A stretch of DNA of 64,000 bases from assembly GCA_963825325.1 (NCBI GenBank), contig CAWGSU010000003.1:192895-256894 (forward strand). Direction: 5' to 3'. Positions 9,081 through 18,623 of the stretch are shown in pieces; position 1 is the first letter of the stretch; the number at the start of each line of letters is the position of its first letter. The notes below the pieces were generated by a model. The model saw only the letters and a list, made by a program, of their open reading frames with translations, was not told where the DNA came from and made no database searches. This DNA comes from an uncultured Actinomycetes bacterium (GTDB taxonomy: Bacteria > Actinomycetota > Thermoleophilia > Gaiellales > JAICJC01). Position numbers and translations under genes: made by a program.

Positions 9081-10565
9081 ATGGCGCGGATTGTGGTGGT
9101 TGGAGGTGGAATCGGCGGCCTCAGCGTGGCGCTGCTGCTCGGTCGTGGGGGTCACCAGGTGACGGTGTGTGAGCGCGACCCGGCGCCTGCGCCGTTGAGC
9201 GCGGATGATGCGTGGACGGGGTGGCGGCGGCCGGGTACCCCGCAGGCACGGCTGGGGCATTCGTTCCTAGCGGGCTTTCGGCGGGCGTTGCGCCAGCGCC
9301 TGCCCGACGTGCTCGACGCGGTGCTGGCCGCCGGCGTGCCCGAGCTTGACATGACGATGTGGATGGCCGACGGCGTGGAGCGAGTGCCGCAGGACGCCGA
9401 GCTCTTCATCGTGCGAGCGCGGCGACCGGTTGTGGAGGCCGTGCTTCGACGGGCAGCGGAGGCGGAGCCGACCGTGCAGGTACGAGCTGGATGCCGTGTG
9501 CAAGGCCTGCTGGCCGATCCGCCACGGCCACGCGACGTTCCTCGGGTTACCGGCGTCGCCACCTCGCGTGGGGCGATCACCGCCGATGTCGTGGTTGTGT
9601 CCGGCGGCCGCTCGGTGCCGGTCGCGCGCTGGTTCCAAGCGATCGGAGCGACCACTCCAAACGAGCAGTCGGAAAGCTGTGGATCGGCGTGCTACACCCG
9701 CTACTTCCGGACGCTTGCCGCAGACGATGACGACGCGCGGATCGATACCGGTCCGACAATCCACCGCGACCCCGGCTACCTCCTCTACGAGGTATGGGGT
9801 GCCGACAATCACACCTTCGCATGCGAGATTGCAGTCCCCGTCTCCGACCAACCGCTGAAACAACTGCGCGACGAGGCAACCTGGATGGCGGCCGCAGCGG
9901 CGATGCCCGAGTGGCAGGAATGGATCGACCCGGAGCGTTCCCAGCCGATCACTCCCGGGGTGGACGTGATGGGCAACGAGCGCAACACCCTGCGACGATT
10001 CGTCGAGGACGATCGGCCATTGGCGCTGGGAGTGCACGTGATCGGCGATGCCCGCTGCCAGACCGACTCGCTGTACGCGTGGGGGTGCGGCAACGCGCTG
10101 ATGGCAGCGGCGGCAGTGTCCGACGCGATCACCGAGCACGCCACCGATGCCGAGGCTCAGGCGCTCTCCCTCGCCGCTGCCGTGGACGAGGAACTGGAAG
10201 GACGCTACGCGTACTCAGTCGCAAGGAATCGCGCCCGCGACCGTGTCCTTCGAGCCGAACCGCGCTGGGACACGATGAACACGGGCATCGGACTCATCGA
10301 CGGCGTGCTCCTCCCCGCCGCAGACCACGACGCGGAGGTCTACCGCGCCGTTTACCGGTGGGACTTACAGCTCGACCCAGCCGCCAACCTCGAACTGAAC
10401 GCGGCGGTGATCGAACGGGCACGAAAAACCGTTGGAGACCCCACCGAGCCCCCGCTCGACACCGAGGGCATACCCACCCGCGACCAATTACTGGAAGCGA
10501 TCGTCGGGAGCCCGGGATCCCGCCGGCGAACAGTGAGTCTGGGCCCTTTGTCGAGCGGCAACTGA
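9081..10565 (+). CDS. FAD-dependent oxidoreductase
   Basis: 494 aa with N-terminal dinucleotide-binding motif IVVVGGGIGGLSVALLLGRGGHQVTVCE. Confidence 0.85.
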   Translation: MARIVVVGGGIGGLSVALLLGRGGHQVTVCERDPAPAPLSADDAWTGWRRPGTPQARLGHSFLAGFRRALRQRLPDVLDAVLAAGVPELDMTMWMADGVERVPQDAELFIVRARRPVVEAVLRRAAEAEPTVQVRAGCRVQGLLADPPRPRDVPRVTGVATSRGAITADVVVVSGGRSVPVARWFQAIGATTPNEQSESCGSACYTRYFRTLAADDDDARIDTGPTIHRDPGYLLYEVWGADNHTFACEIAVPVSDQPLKQLRDEATWMAAAAAMPEWQEWIDPERSQPITPGVDVMGNERNTLRRFVEDDRPLALGVHVIGDARCQTDSLYAWGCGNALMAAAAVSDAITEHATDAEAQALSLAAAVDEELEGRYAYSVARNRARDRVLRAEPRWDTMNTGIGLIDGVLLPAADHDAEVYRAVYRWDLQLDPAANLELNAAVIERARKTVGDPTEPPLDTEGIPTRDQLLEAIVGSPGSRRRTVSLGPLSSGN

Positions 10566-10582
10566 CCGAGTCGCCGGTGGCG

Positions 10583-10630
10583 CCCGGGAAGGCTGTTGGG
10601 ACATCCCGCGAGGTGCGGGTCGTAACGCGG
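10583..10630 (+). repeat. mosaic repeat copy 3 (partial): CCCGGG + arm A(rc)
   Basis: CCCGGG is joined directly to AAGGCTGTTGGGACATCCCGCGAGGTGCGGGTCGTAACGCGG. The core segment AGCCATTTGACGGG is missing. Confidence 0.8.
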
Positions 10631-10744
10631 CCCTGCGGTAGCGAGATGTTGGGCACCTGAAACGTTCCGCGCCGCTGAAGCACCGTAGAGAGGGCGAACA
10701 CGAGGGCGGCGAGAGTGCGAGGACGCCGGCTATGTCCGCTCACA

Positions 10745-11031
10745 GCCGACGGCCCGCCGATGCCCTGCCGGTCGGCGGTGTCGGCGTGGTCGAGGTCCGG
10801 CGAGTCGCGGAAGATCTCGTCGACGGTCGCGTCTGGGCGGGCGAGTTCGTCGGCGACGGCGGCCTGGTGCTGCGGGAGCACCTCGTCGTTGAGCTCTTCG
10901 AGCATCGCGCGCAGTCGGCGGTTGACCTGGATGGCGGTCGCGCCGTACTCGCGGATCTTGGTTACGCCGAGTGCGAGGGAGTCGGCCCAGCGACGAGTGT
11001 GGATGACGACGTGTCCGGCCTGCGAGAGCCG
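10745..11031 (-). pseudogene. 3' remnant of a DUF2254-family gene
   Basis: Minus frame reads RLSQAGHVVIHTRRWADSLALGVTKIREYGATAIQVNRRLRAMLEELNDEV...ADRQGIGG, resembling a DUF2254 C-terminus. An in-frame TGA at 11032-11034 cuts off everything upstream, and there is no N-terminal part. Confidence 0.5.
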
Positions 11032-11036
11032 TCAGC

Positions 11037-11055
11037 CCTGGGAGCATCTCATAGG
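11037..11055 (+). repeat. possible degenerate core copy
   Basis: CCTGGGAGCATCTCATAGG against CCTGGGAGCCATTTGACGG: the first 9 nt are identical and about 15/19 match overall with one gap. It sits exactly at the truncation point of the DUF2254 remnant. Confidence 0.3.
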
Positions 11056-11115
11056 CGAGCCGCAGTCCGGTAGCTGGGTCAACTCCAGACTGTCGCCCAG
11101 GCGGGCGGTACCGGT

Positions 11116-11152
11116 GCGGGGCGCCACGGGTTGGGTACCGATGGCGCCCCGC
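11116..11152 (-). terminator. hairpin downstream of the alkaline-phosphatase-family gene
   Basis: 11-bp perfect stem GCGGGGCGCCA / TGGCGCCCCGC with a 15-nt loop, 15 nt beyond the stop at 11167. Confidence 0.45.
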
Positions 11153-11166
11153 GTTGGAGTGGGCCG

Positions 11167-13032
11167 TCAGCGCAGGCCTGGAAGGACTCGCGTTCCCTCC
11201 TGCTGGACGGCCTGTAGCGAGCCCGGATCGAGGCCGAGGAGCTGCAGGATTGTCGGCGCGACTTGGGTCGTAGTTACCCATTGGTCCGAGGCGCCACGGT
11301 GCACGGTCCCGGGCGCGTAGACGAGGATCGGCACGTCGCGGTCGCCTGGGTTGTCGCCGCCGTGCTCGGCGATCTTCGTGCCGGTGGTGTAGACGACGCC
11401 GACCTGGACACGGCCGAACACGTCCGGATGGCGCGGATCCGAGTACGGAACGCCGAAGAAGTGAGCGGCCTCCTCACCGGCGTAGATCCGCGCCAGGCCG
11501 GAGTGCGCGACCTGCTCGGTGCCGCGGTTCACGCCGTCGTTGTTGTAGAGCACCGCCGTCGCGCTGTGGTGCCACAGGTAGTGCTTGACGAAGTCGGCCG
11601 CGCGCTGCGTCTTGACGGACAGGTAGCTCTGCCACAGGTCGTCGTCGGTGCCGGCAACGATCAGCGGCGTGATCGTGCCTCCGCTCAGCCCGTTCGTGCA
11701 ATAGGTCGTCGGGTCGGGCATCGCTTTCGGGTTCTGCTGCTCGCACCAGGCCTCGTTGATCGCGCTGATGATCGGCCCGTCGTCGATCCGCTTCAGCAGC
11801 AACGGATTCTGCGGCGACTGACCATGCTTGGCCGTCACGATGATCGCCGTGGAGGACGCGAGGCCGTTTCGGCGGATCGTGTCGACCATCCGCCGAAGTT
11901 GCGCGTTGACGTAGTGCAGCGCGCCGGCCAGCAGCGGACGCGGGGTCGTCGTTCCGGGGTAGTAGCCGGCGAGCTCAGTCGGCCCCACCGTGTACGTGCC
12001 ATCCGCGTTCCTGGTGATGGTGCCAGGTGAGTCGACCTTCTCGGCGACCGACACGGCCTGGAAGTTCATCCCCAGGATCGCCGGCACACCAACCTTATGG
12101 CGGCCGCTGTGGTCGTAGCCGTCAATCTCGTTGATGACCGCCTGCACCTTGTAGCGGTCGTACTGCTTGGTAGCAGCGTCGATATGGGCCCAGTCGTCGT
12201 CCTGCGGATACGGAACGCCATTGGGCTCGACCGCCTGTGAGTCGATCTCCGGGGCGAACAGGTCGTCGATGCTGTAGCCACCCGACCCCGGACCGTTGAA
12301 CGACGAGTAGACCGCGTGCTTGTCAGACCAGGCCGTCCGCATGCCGGCGTGGTGGATGACCTGGAAGATCGTGTTCACCTTCAGGTAGTCCCACGGCATG
12401 ATCGGCTGACAGGTCGCCGGATCGACCGGGTAGGTCGCCGGGTTCAGGCCCGACTGCGGATGTGGGGTCAGGTTCATGATCGCGCCCGGGTTCGTGTCAA
12501 GGCCGTTCGGGTAGAGCGAGCCGCCCTCGTCGAAGGACGGGAACGTGTTGCCGCTACCGTTGTTGAGCAGGTCAGGTACGGCGTTGAGAATGTCGTCCGG
12601 CGAGTCGTAGATCACGTTGCCGCCCGGGACCGGACCCGAACAGCCGGTGGTGCCAGGCGGAAAGACTCTGTGGCTGTACTCCACGTCGTAGTAGACGCCG
12701 GTCGCGCGCGGATCACCGCCGGTCATCAACGCGGTGCCACCCGGGTCCGAGTCGGAGGGATCGGACGTGTGCGCGTTACTGAACTCCGTCCCACCGTGGA
12801 CCAGCTTGGCCAGTTCCGAGTTCGGGTGGTGTGCCACGTACCACTCGAGGTCGGACTGGTGCATCCCATCCACGGAGATCAACAGGACGTGCTTGACCCC
12901 ATGCTCGGCCCGCCCTTCGTGTTTTGCGGACGGCCGCACACCGGCGGAGGCCGATCCCGCCGCCAGAATCCCGAGCACGGCGACGCAGGCAACCGCGCCC
13001 GCACTACGACGCAACCTCAACATTTCGCGCAC
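11167..13032 (-). CDS. secreted alkaline phosphatase superfamily protein (nucleotide pyrophosphatase/phosphodiesterase-like)
   Basis: 621 aa. Signal peptide ...VAVLGILAAGSASA. Metal and nucleophile region HVLLISVDGMHQSD and SDPSDSDPGGTALMTGG. Confidence 0.88.
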   Translation of the reverse strand: MREMLRLRRSAGAVACVAVLGILAAGSASAGVRPSAKHEGRAEHGVKHVLLISVDGMHQSDLEWYVAHHPNSELAKLVHGGTEFSNAHTSDPSDSDPGGTALMTGGDPRATGVYYDVEYSHRVFPPGTTGCSGPVPGGNVIYDSPDDILNAVPDLLNNGSGNTFPSFDEGGSLYPNGLDTNPGAIMNLTPHPQSGLNPATYPVDPATCQPIMPWDYLKVNTIFQVIHHAGMRTAWSDKHAVYSSFNGPGSGGYSIDDLFAPEIDSQAVEPNGVPYPQDDDWAHIDAATKQYDRYKVQAVINEIDGYDHSGRHKVGVPAILGMNFQAVSVAEKVDSPGTITRNADGTYTVGPTELAGYYPGTTTPRPLLAGALHYVNAQLRRMVDTIRRNGLASSTAIIVTAKHGQSPQNPLLLKRIDDGPIISAINEAWCEQQNPKAMPDPTTYCTNGLSGGTITPLIVAGTDDDLWQSYLSVKTQRAADFVKHYLWHHSATAVLYNNDGVNRGTEQVAHSGLARIYAGEEAAHFFGVPYSDPRHPDVFGRVQVGVVYTTGTKIAEHGGDNPGDRDVPILVYAPGTVHRGASDQWVTTTQVAPTILQLLGLDPGSLQAVQQEGTRVLPGLR

Positions 13033-13583
13033 CCCTCCCGACGAAGACCCTGCCGCGCCGCATCCTCATTGCTCCACCGCGGCGCAGGGGTGAAAGAACG
13101 GTGAGCAGGCGGTGAGAATTCGGAAAAGCGGGGGCGGACCGCTGCCTGGGCGCCATGGCCGTCGTGTGCCGCTTGCTGGGCGGCGAGGAGGTGGCTGTCG
13201 GCGGCGAGCGGTTGGCTGCCGATGTCCTCGTAGACTCGCGCGGCGTCCGGGTAGTTCGCCTCGGCGGTGAGGAGTAGCGCGTCGCGCCAGCGGCACGCCG
13301 GAGGCAGGAGCAGCGCCGCCTGGCGGATGTCGTCGTGTCGGTCTGTCTGGGCGAGGATGAGGCTGAGCTCACAGAGTTCGGGAGCGTTGCTCGTTTGGCC
13401 ACCAGTCTGGCGCCGACGGGTGAGAAAGCGCGTGTCTTACTCGGCGCTCAGCCGAGCGTCGGGACTCAGTCGGCGGTACTGCAAGCTGAATCGCGACCGA
13501 GTGCGTGCCGCATCCGGTCCACGGGCCCAGGTTCACGTAGTCAGGGCACTCTATTGGTAATGCAGTGGCACGTCGCCGCGCCT

Positions 13584-14666
13584 TCATCGAACGTCGACGT
13601 AGATGACCTCGATGGCGTTATTCCCGTAGCCCAGCCTGTTCCAGATCGGGACTTCGGGTTGGACATTCCCGGCGGCATCGGTGGCGCGGGCGCGGAGGCT
13701 CTTTCGCCCGGGCTCCGTGGGTTCCCATTCGAACGACCAGTTCTGCCACTGGTACGGGCCTTTCGGTGTCTCCACGTGTGCCGGCAGCCATTCTGACTCG
13801 CCGGTGAGGCTGATGTCCACGTTCGTGACCGGACCGGTGCCCGACCATGCCTTGCCGCGAACCACGTATTTCCCCCCGCCGCCGATCACGGCGCCTTCGC
13901 GGGGGTCGGTAATGCGCGCGCGGGGCCGCATCACTGTCACGCGCTCGGCTGGGCGGTCTGCCCACTGGTACATGTAGTGCCCGGTTTCGAACTCGCCGAT
14001 GAACGGTTTGGTGACCACCTCGATGTGCTTGAGCCACTTGACGGAGGCGACGCCGTACCAGTGCGGCACGACCAGCCGAAACGGAGCTCCGTGGTCGGGG
14101 TTGAGCGGTTCGCCGTTCATCTCGTAGGCGATCATGATCTCGGCCGAAGGGTCGGCTGCGTGCACGAGGGTCAATGACCGCTCGAACGAGAGGTCTGAGG
14201 CATCGATGTCTTTGAGCACGGGGTTCAGGATGTATGACCCGTGGTCGACGCCGGCGAAAAGCACTTCGACGCCGGTGTCGAGCGGCGCCGCCCGTTCGAG
14301 CACCTCGTGGAGCAGCGCTCCCTTCCAACGTGCGGTGGAGACGGCGTAGTCGCCCCACGGCTCGCCGGCGGGGAGTGGGCGCATCGCGAGTCGTCCGTTA
14401 CCCGCGCATTCGAGGGTGACGACCCGCTCGATCGAGCGAATCGCTTTTAACTCGTCGAGACTGAGTGCGTAGGGATGGCCGACCGCTCCGCCGATCTCGA
14501 GCAGGCCGTCGTGGTCGGGGACTGGGAAGTTGCTGCGAACGTAGTGCAGCTCAGTCGGGGTGATGTCGGTCTCGAGCGCCTCGGGCGGCGCCTCGGCGTT
14601 GAACGGCTGGCCGTGGATCATCGTCAGTGCCGCGCGTTCGCGTTCCAGATCGTCTGCTAGAGCCAC
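13584..14666 (-). CDS. molybdopterin-dependent oxidoreductase, sulfite-oxidase family
   Basis: 360 aa with HYVRSNFPVP, TLECAGNGR and APFRLVVPHWYGVASVKWL, typical of the sulfite oxidase Moco and dimerisation domains. Confidence 0.9.
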   Translation of the reverse strand: MALADDLERERAALTMIHGQPFNAEAPPEALETDITPTELHYVRSNFPVPDHDGLLEIGGAVGHPYALSLDELKAIRSIERVVTLECAGNGRLAMRPLPAGEPWGDYAVSTARWKGALLHEVLERAAPLDTGVEVLFAGVDHGSYILNPVLKDIDASDLSFERSLTLVHAADPSAEIMIAYEMNGEPLNPDHGAPFRLVVPHWYGVASVKWLKHIEVVTKPFIGEFETGHYMYQWADRPAERVTVMRPRARITDPREGAVIGGGGKYVVRGKAWSGTGPVTNVDISLTGESEWLPAHVETPKGPYQWQNWSFEWEPTEPGRKSLRARATDAAGNVQPEVPIWNRLGYGNNAIEVIYVDVR

Positions 14667-14698
14667 AATAGGTCTCCTCGGTTCAAGCGGTGTGCGGG

Positions 14699-15562
14699 TT
14701 AGAAGTCAGGGTCTTGGAAGGTCGGGTCTCTGTCCTCGTTGAATGCACCGATGCCTTCGACCCGGTCGGGGTGTACGGCCGAGCGCCAGTGGGCTTCCAT
14801 CATGATCGAGATCGCCTGCTCGGTGGGCTGGCCTTGGCCCAGGTGAACTGCTCGTTTCACTGCCTGTGCTGCGGTTGGCGAGTTGCTGGCGATCTTCTCG
14901 GCGATCCGCTGCGCCGCCGTCGCGAGTTCGGCCTGCGGGTGGAGCTCGTTCACCATGCCCAGGCGATGGGCTTCCTCGGCAGTGATCGGATCACCCGTCA
15001 AGAGCATCTGCATCGCCTTCCCCGGCGGAAGCACCCGGGGCAGGAACACCGGGGAGCCGCCTCCCGCCGAGAGGCCGATCATGGCTTCCGGCTGGCCAAA
15101 CGTTGCGTTGTCCGAGGCGATGATGAAGTCGGTGCTCTGTGCGATCTCCGACCCGCCGCCGTAGGCGATGCCGTTGACGGCGGCAAAGATCGGCGTTCGC
15201 AGCTCACGCAGCGTGTACAGGGTGCGGTCGAAGGCCTGACGTTGCCGAAGCCAGTCCTCCTTGGTCATGCTGTGGCGCTCGCGGAGATCGCTCCCGACGG
15301 AGAAGGCGCGATCGCCCGCACCGGTGATCACCGCCACCCGCACGGCGGTCTGTACCCCGATGGTCTCCAGTACCTCAGTCAGACGAGCACCCATCGCGGT
15401 TGTGATGGCGTTGTCGGGCGGTCGGTTCAGAGTGATCAGAGCGATTGCCCCGTCGGCGAGGTAGGTGAGCAGGACAGGGTCCTCGGGTTCATCTCCGCTG
15501 GCGAGTGGGGGGCTGAAGTCCAGACTCTTCCAGCGGTCGGTATGTGGTGATCTTGGTGCCAC
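14699..15562 (-). CDS. enoyl-CoA hydratase/isomerase (crotonase) family protein
   Basis: Crotonase pattern ITGAGDRAFSVGSDL...FAAVNGIAYGGGSEIA. GTG start at 15562 follows RBS AGGAGA, 9 nt after the stop of the upstream gene. The longer ORF to 15778 would overlap that gene. Confidence 0.88.
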   Translation of the reverse strand: MAPRSPHTDRWKSLDFSPPLASGDEPEDPVLLTYLADGAIALITLNRPPDNAITTAMGARLTEVLETIGVQTAVRVAVITGAGDRAFSVGSDLRERHSMTKEDWLRQRQAFDRTLYTLRELRTPIFAAVNGIAYGGGSEIAQSTDFIIASDNATFGQPEAMIGLSAGGGSPVFLPRVLPPGKAMQMLLTGDPITAEEAHRLGMVNELHPQAELATAAQRIAEKIASNSPTAAQAVKRAVHLGQGQPTEQAISIMMEAHWRSAVHPDRVEGIGAFNEDRDPTFQDPDF

Positions 15563-15570
15563 GCGGTCTC

Positions 15571-16911
15571 CTAAGTCTCGAGTTCGCCGAGCCAGCGCAG
15601 GGCGCGCAGGCCGGGTGCAAAGCAGTACTCGCCGCCCCGCGTGACGACGAATGGCGGAACGTCCTGAAGCCGACGTCTGATCGGCCGTCTCGGTATCGTG
15701 AAGGCCGTACTGGAGGTCTGGCCGACGAGCGGATCGGCCTCTTTTGGCGCGCCGATGAAGATCCCGTCGTTCAGCCACTGGGTCTTCACGAACTCGAACT
15801 GGCGCTTCAGGTGCGACCCGGCAAACACGAAGATGATGCCTCGATCCTGGCCGTCGTCTTCGAGTACGCCGTCGGGCAGCATCGGGCCGTAGCTCGTGCC
15901 CCGTCGGATCATGTGGTGCAGACGAACGTCCACGCCGCCGTCGTCATCGAAGGAGTCTCGCGGGTTGGCCCGACGTGCGTGGGATCCGGCCGGGCATTTG
16001 AACCCGCGTGGATCATCGCCGTAAAGGAACGCATTGTTTCGAGTGCCATCTGCGCCAAGCTCGGGATCATCGCGATCGGGAGAGACCGTCAGCGGTGCAC
16101 CGCTTTGCCAGCGCCCCACCATCTTCGCGCCGAGCAGGGCCTCGTCCTCACGCGATGCGGCCTTTTCACGAAGGTAGCGGCGATATGCCGCGACGCGAGT
16201 ATGGAGCTTTCGAAAAACGATGTAGGTGCCGTTTTGTCCCAGCACCGCGGGAGTGGGCATCGGCGGCGGCGAGCCGGACTCGTCCGGATAACCGAGGATG
16301 AACTCGCCGGGCTTGATCGGCCGCTGCAGCGGATTCGTCGACGGGATGCCGCTGCCCTCAATCGCTGGCTGGCCGATCCCGTCCTTGAAGCCGAACGACG
16401 TTCGCCCCGTCGGCAGTTGGTAGCACTCCTGCCGCCAGATCACCTCGACGCCCGGCAACTGTTCCTGGGCACTGCGGGCACGCTCAGCCATCGTCTCAAG
16501 GCGCTCCGCGCTGGCGGAGAGCACCGCGACTGCCACGTGCACGTCCGGCGTTCCCAACGGTGGCTCCCAGTGCTCCGGCGCACTCCGACCGACGTCGCCC
16601 AGCTCGGCTGCTCGCGCTGCCATGCCTTGGCGGAACTCAGGTACGAAGCTCTCGAGCGAGTCTCGGGGGACACCGAGCGCTTTGAGGCCGTTATAGGTGA
16701 AGGCGACCGTGATCCATGCCTCGGCAGCCGGATCGGGGGTCGCTCGGGCCGAGCCGATAAGTGGTAGTAGCCGCCGCACCAGTTCGCGCCCCGCCGCGCG
16801 GTCATCGATCCGGAGCAATAGGTGGGTGCCGACGTAAGGTGAGGGGCGTGGATGAAGCGCACCGCCCTGGATGTCGTCCAACTCGAGCTGGATCGCGGCT
16901 GCGGTGCTCAT
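15571..16911 (-). CDS. Dyp-type peroxidase
   Basis: 446 aa with LDDIQG, FGFKDGIGQP, GTYIVFRKL and SHARRANPRD...MIRRGTSYGP, characteristic of DyP. Confidence 0.9.
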   Translation of the reverse strand: MSTAAAIQLELDDIQGGALHPRPSPYVGTHLLLRIDDRAAGRELVRRLLPLIGSARATPDPAAEAWITVAFTYNGLKALGVPRDSLESFVPEFRQGMAARAAELGDVGRSAPEHWEPPLGTPDVHVAVAVLSASAERLETMAERARSAQEQLPGVEVIWRQECYQLPTGRTSFGFKDGIGQPAIEGSGIPSTNPLQRPIKPGEFILGYPDESGSPPPMPTPAVLGQNGTYIVFRKLHTRVAAYRRYLREKAASREDEALLGAKMVGRWQSGAPLTVSPDRDDPELGADGTRNNAFLYGDDPRGFKCPAGSHARRANPRDSFDDDGGVDVRLHHMIRRGTSYGPMLPDGVLEDDGQDRGIIFVFAGSHLKRQFEFVKTQWLNDGIFIGAPKEADPLVGQTSSTAFTIPRRPIRRRLQDVPPFVVTRGGEYCFAPGLRALRWLGELET

Positions 16912-16926
16912 CCTCGCAGGCCCACG

Positions 16927-18051
16927 TTAGTGGTGCTCCGGCTTATCCGGAGGATTCGGGTTTGGCCGGGCTACGTACGGGAACGTCTCGGTCGCCGGCC
17001 TAGACGCCGTATCGACCCCATCGCGGATGACAGGACCGTTCCCAGCATTGATCAGCAGCGTGAAAATCGTGTCCATCACGTCATCGTTCAATGCCCGTCC
17101 GCCGCACGTCGAATGAGGCCGGCCGGCGATCAATGCTTGCTCGATCTCAAGGTAGGAACCTTGCGCGGCATACGGCTTGGTCACATCAGTAACGAGGTAG
17201 TCAGCCAAGGCGAGCTCGGTCAGTGGATGCGTATCGTCGTGATATGTCCAGTCCGCCTTGCCATCGAGGCCATCCCAGAAACGCAGATTCGCGTTCAACC
17301 GAGCTCGATAAGCACCGACGTAGCCATCCGCGAGGTGAAAGCCGTCCTCCATGTTGTAGATGTCGCGGATCTCGAGGTCGCGGTTGACCTGGTCGAACTG
17401 CTTCGGCGCGAGCAGCAGGTTCTTCACCTCGGGCCGACCGACGCGCTCGATGCGGACGTTCAACCTGCCGCGCGTTAGCGTCTCCGAGACGTGCCCGACG
17501 AGCTCGACTCCCGGCAGGTACCTTGCGCAGTCGATCTCGAGCACGATGCTCAGCACGTTCTTGCCATCCATGTAGATCGACCCGGGGTCGGTGAACGCGA
17601 TCTTCCCAGTGGCGATCGTTTTCAGCGCGGCCGGGGCGTCCATGATGAACGGATCCCACCGCACCCCGGCGAAGGCCCGAATACCGTGGGCGGTGCCGCC
17701 GTGCTCATCGCCGGCGACAAAGTCAACGGTGTCCCCGCTCGGCGTATGGCACGTGCCCTCCTGCGGCTCGGTGCCCCCCGGGTCGGAGAAAACGACGTCA
17801 AACACCAGCTCAGGGGAGTCGTGGACGTCGTACGGCGACTGGCCGCTCGCGGCCTCGACCACGTGTACCTCACGCAGCCGGAAGCGGTAGATCAGCCCGT
17901 CGGAGAGTCGCGCAGTCGCCGGCGCGAAGGGAAGGGTGTTTTGCACCAGCACCAGATGACCAGGCCGCTCCGGACTAGGGAACGCGTACACATCGGTGAT
18001 GTCCGCGATCGGATCGGCGAGCGCGCGTGGCCCCGAAATGTGATCAGACAT
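16927..18051 (-). CDS. DUF4331 domain protein
   Basis: 374 aa. N-terminal SDHISGPRALADPIADITDVYAFPSP matches the DUF4331 signature. Confidence 0.85.
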   Translation of the reverse strand: MSDHISGPRALADPIADITDVYAFPSPERPGHLVLVQNTLPFAPATARLSDGLIYRFRLREVHVVEAASGQSPYDVHDSPELVFDVVFSDPGGTEPQEGTCHTPSGDTVDFVAGDEHGGTAHGIRAFAGVRWDPFIMDAPAALKTIATGKIAFTDPGSIYMDGKNVLSIVLEIDCARYLPGVELVGHVSETLTRGRLNVRIERVGRPEVKNLLLAPKQFDQVNRDLEIRDIYNMEDGFHLADGYVGAYRARLNANLRFWDGLDGKADWTYHDDTHPLTELALADYLVTDVTKPYAAQGSYLEIEQALIAGRPHSTCGGRALNDDVMDTIFTLLINAGNGPVIRDGVDTASRPATETFPYVARPNPNPPDKPEHH

Positions 18052-18071
18052 ATGCCTTTTCCCTCTGCCGG

Positions 18072-18623
18072 TTAGTCGGCCGCCTCGTCGAGCAGTGGTG
18101 CCAGCACAGGGCTCTGAAGCGCGGCCTCGGCGCCCGGATCGTCCAGCACCTGCTGGAACGCCTCGCTGACGCGTTGGGCCTTGCGAATCTCCTTGACGGT
18201 GCCGCCGTAGTTTCGCGCATAGGCCGCGGCAGTAACCTGCGCGCCCAGCACGAAGTTCTTCACTGCCTGGAGATCGGGAAGCCCACCGTAGCCCTCGACG
18301 TGCTGGAAGACCTCGTCGAACAGCCTAAGCGTCGGGCCCGACGTGAAGAAGTCGTCCATATACGCGTCCCACGGGCCGTCGAAGCTCGTCGCGAACAACA
18401 AGCGGGTGTCATCGTCGAAGAGCACGAACCTGGCCTCGTGGATCGTCGCGACAGCCATATGGTGCTCGCCGGGTCGGTATCCAGGCTCGTCTTGCAGCGA
18501 CCGCAGCGCCGCTCGAATCTGCTTGCCGTGTCCGGGCCTCACAACAAAAAACAGGCTGAACTCGCTGGTCAGACCCGAACTCACACCGGGCCGCGATTCT
18601 CCACCTTCCACTGAACCTGACAT
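18072..18623 (-). CDS. conserved hypothetical protein co-clustered with DUF4331 and DyP
   Basis: ATG at 18623 after RBS GGGGAGGGTGG. Motif ATIHEARFVLFDDDTRLLFATSFDGPWDAYMDDF. The stop lies 20 nt before the DUF4331 start. Confidence 0.7.
   Translation of the reverse strand: MSGSVEGGESRPGVSSGLTSEFSLFFVVRPGHGKQIRAALRSLQDEPGYRPGEHHMAVATIHEARFVLFDDDTRLLFATSFDGPWDAYMDDFFTSGPTLRLFDEVFQHVEGYGGLPDLQAVKNFVLGAQVTAAAYARNYGGTVKEIRKAQRVSEAFQQVLDDPGAEAALQSPVLAPLLDEAAD

Noticed and set aside
10557-10573. 16/17-nt identity GGCA(A/C)CTGACCGAGTCG spanning the stop codons of two unrelated genes (10557-10573 and 23963-23979), both upstream of repeat copies
   Set aside because: Rough expectation for 16/17 matches somewhere in a 64-kb GC-biased window compared on both strands is of the order of ten. 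The match is therefore not significant on its own, although its position is suggestive.
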